A model generated the notes under the pieces. The model ran no database searches, was not told the origin of the DNA, and was given only the letters and a program-made list of their open reading frames with translations. A DNA stretch of 64,000 nt from the human T2T-CHM13v2.0 reference genome, Homo sapiens. Both the position numbers and the translations under genes were made by a program. The DNA lies in NCBI RefSeq assembly GCF_009914755.1, contig NC_060936.1; one strand, 5' to 3'. Shown one piece after another: positions 62,058 through 64,000 of the stretch (positions are counted from its first letter, which is position 1; every line of letters begins with the position of its first letter).

Positions 62058-64000
62058 TAGTGTGCCTTTTCATCCTGTTAGTAGGGTCTTTTACAAAGCA
62101 AAACTTTTTAATTTTGATGAAGTCCTATTTATCAATTTTTTCTTTTATGGATTGTGTCTATGGATGTCTAATTGCTCTAGCACCACTTGATGAAAGAGCT
62201 GTCTCTCCTCCATTGAATTGCTTTTTCTTTTGAAGCTTAGTATGTTGCTTGAAACTATGCTTGTTAATACTGTATACTGAAAACGTACAAAGAATAATGT
62301 TCCAATTTAAGTTAGATTTAAGTTAATGATGTTCATTAATAAGGACTCTTCAGATATAAATATTCCAGAATTTCTCTTAGCTTTCTAATCAAAACAACCA
62401 TCAGTGAATATTACCTTACTTTGGAAGGTATAGATATACATTTGAATTAAATTTAGTTTTTCCAAATAACCCCTAATTTGAGAAATATATTCTATCTTGA
62501 AACTAAAATAATTTAATACAACTTTATTTTCTTCCCTCCCCTCCCCTCTCCTGTCCACATTTTGTAAAATCTGGTCCTGAATAAGTCACAATATAAAAAT
62601 AAATGTACACTTAACTTCCACTTCCTCCAACCACAGGCTACTTTCTGTTCCTCAACCTTGGGAACAAGGTGAAAAACAGTAAGCAATTTGGGCAGGGCAT
62701 TGCCAAAACAAGATTCAAGCAGCCACATGTGGACACCTCTTAAAAGAATTTGGGGAAACGAGACCAAAGAAGTCAGGTTTGATTTTTAGTGACAATAACA
62801 AACATGAAGTGACTCTTCCCAAGTAAGAGTGCCACTGGGATGTGGCCTGGCCACATGCTTACCTATGCTATACTTCCCAGGAAACCCTGATGCTCTGCTC
62901 CAGGAGAGACCTTTATCCTTTGGAGGTTCAGTGTCTTGGGAGCTCTTTGATTTTGTCAAAGAGATGAGCAGAGATTCCCTGTGGGTATTTTAAGGCTTGG
63001 TGTCAAGGTATTTTTCTGACACTGCTGAGCAAAGTCCATGTATCAAATGATCTGTTTCTAGTTTGTTTAAATTCTTCACATCACTTGTAGACCTAACATG
63101 GCAAAGCTTCATTATTTAATCATAATAACACCTACTACCCATACTAACTTATGATTTATTTTCTGTGCCTGGAAATAGTCTCTGTGTTTAACAATAATAC
63201 CTGGATGCAAAACAATCCACTGTTATATGGCCACAAAATATTAATGATCTTCTGAAGGCCAAGAAAACATTTTAACTATAGTTCTTGCACAGAAATTCAC
63301 ACCCAGAATCCCCAAAATTAAAAAAAATTTGGACAACACAAATAATAGTTTAAGATACACATACATACAACACAGATACTCTTACACATAACATCTTTTA
63401 CGGAAATGTGTTTAGTGAAACTGTTCATTTGTTGACAGCCACAGAAGTCATATTTTGCTAAATAGCTGCTCCAGCTGTTTTTTTCTTTGGAAAATGTATC
63501 ACTATAGGATACCCTGTTTATTGCATAAGATAAAAGAAAAATATGTTGTGATAACCAAAAAGTTTTAAGGGCTTTCAAGTTATGTAAAAATGGACCTATG
63601 GACATGGTTAATTGTCCTCAGGATGCAAAATTGGAGCTGAAATAGTATATCAAACAATTGCAAAAAGTGTACTGCAGCTATCTCTTGGGTCAAATCTGGT
63701 ACCCAGAAATGGAGAAAAGCCTCAAGAAACATTGCTGGTTGGCCCTCTGCCACTTGACTGTATGATCTGATCACATGTAAGTTTCACAAACGATTCATAT
63801 TTCTCTGCTAGTTTGACGTTGAGAATTTGCTCATAAACCTCCCTAATTTTATCTTCTTGGTCCTTTGAGAAACACATAGTATCCCAACTTGTCAGAGAGG
63901 AAATTTGAGCTGGTCCTTCTTTATCCAGGAGAGACCTGAAAAATTAGGTGGTGTGAGTACTGCAGAGTGAGGCTGATTTTCCAAAGCACTAACTTTGTTC

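Overview
Human (primate) genomic DNA, AT-rich, containing the middle of PTPRQ (receptor-type tyrosine/phosphoinositide phosphatase Q) on the + strand. I reconstructed 11 internal coding exons (here A-K; 8694-52424). All have GT-AG boundaries and splice into one open frame encoding seven consecutive fibronectin type III repeats of the ectodomain. The rest is intron filled with Alu, L1, L2, MIR, ERV1/MaLR LTRs, DNA transposons and microsatellites. Repeat family names come from my recall of consensus sequences, not from a search. I found no evidence for a new gene or a prokaryotic-type system. The most interesting observations are splice-level: (1) an 18-bp tandem duplication that copies the exon K donor and places a stop codon between the two identical donors; (2) a competing acceptor before exon D that would create an immediate TGA; (3) an exon-internal acceptor that would shrink exon H to an in-frame 9-nt microexon; (4) 6-nt tandem acceptors at exons H and K. 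Other notable points are a three-layer nested LTR/THE1/L1 insertion with a probable L1 3' transduction, a CpG-rich antisense solo LTR with an intact TATA box, and inverted Alus flanking exon pairs. Functional consequences are all inference.
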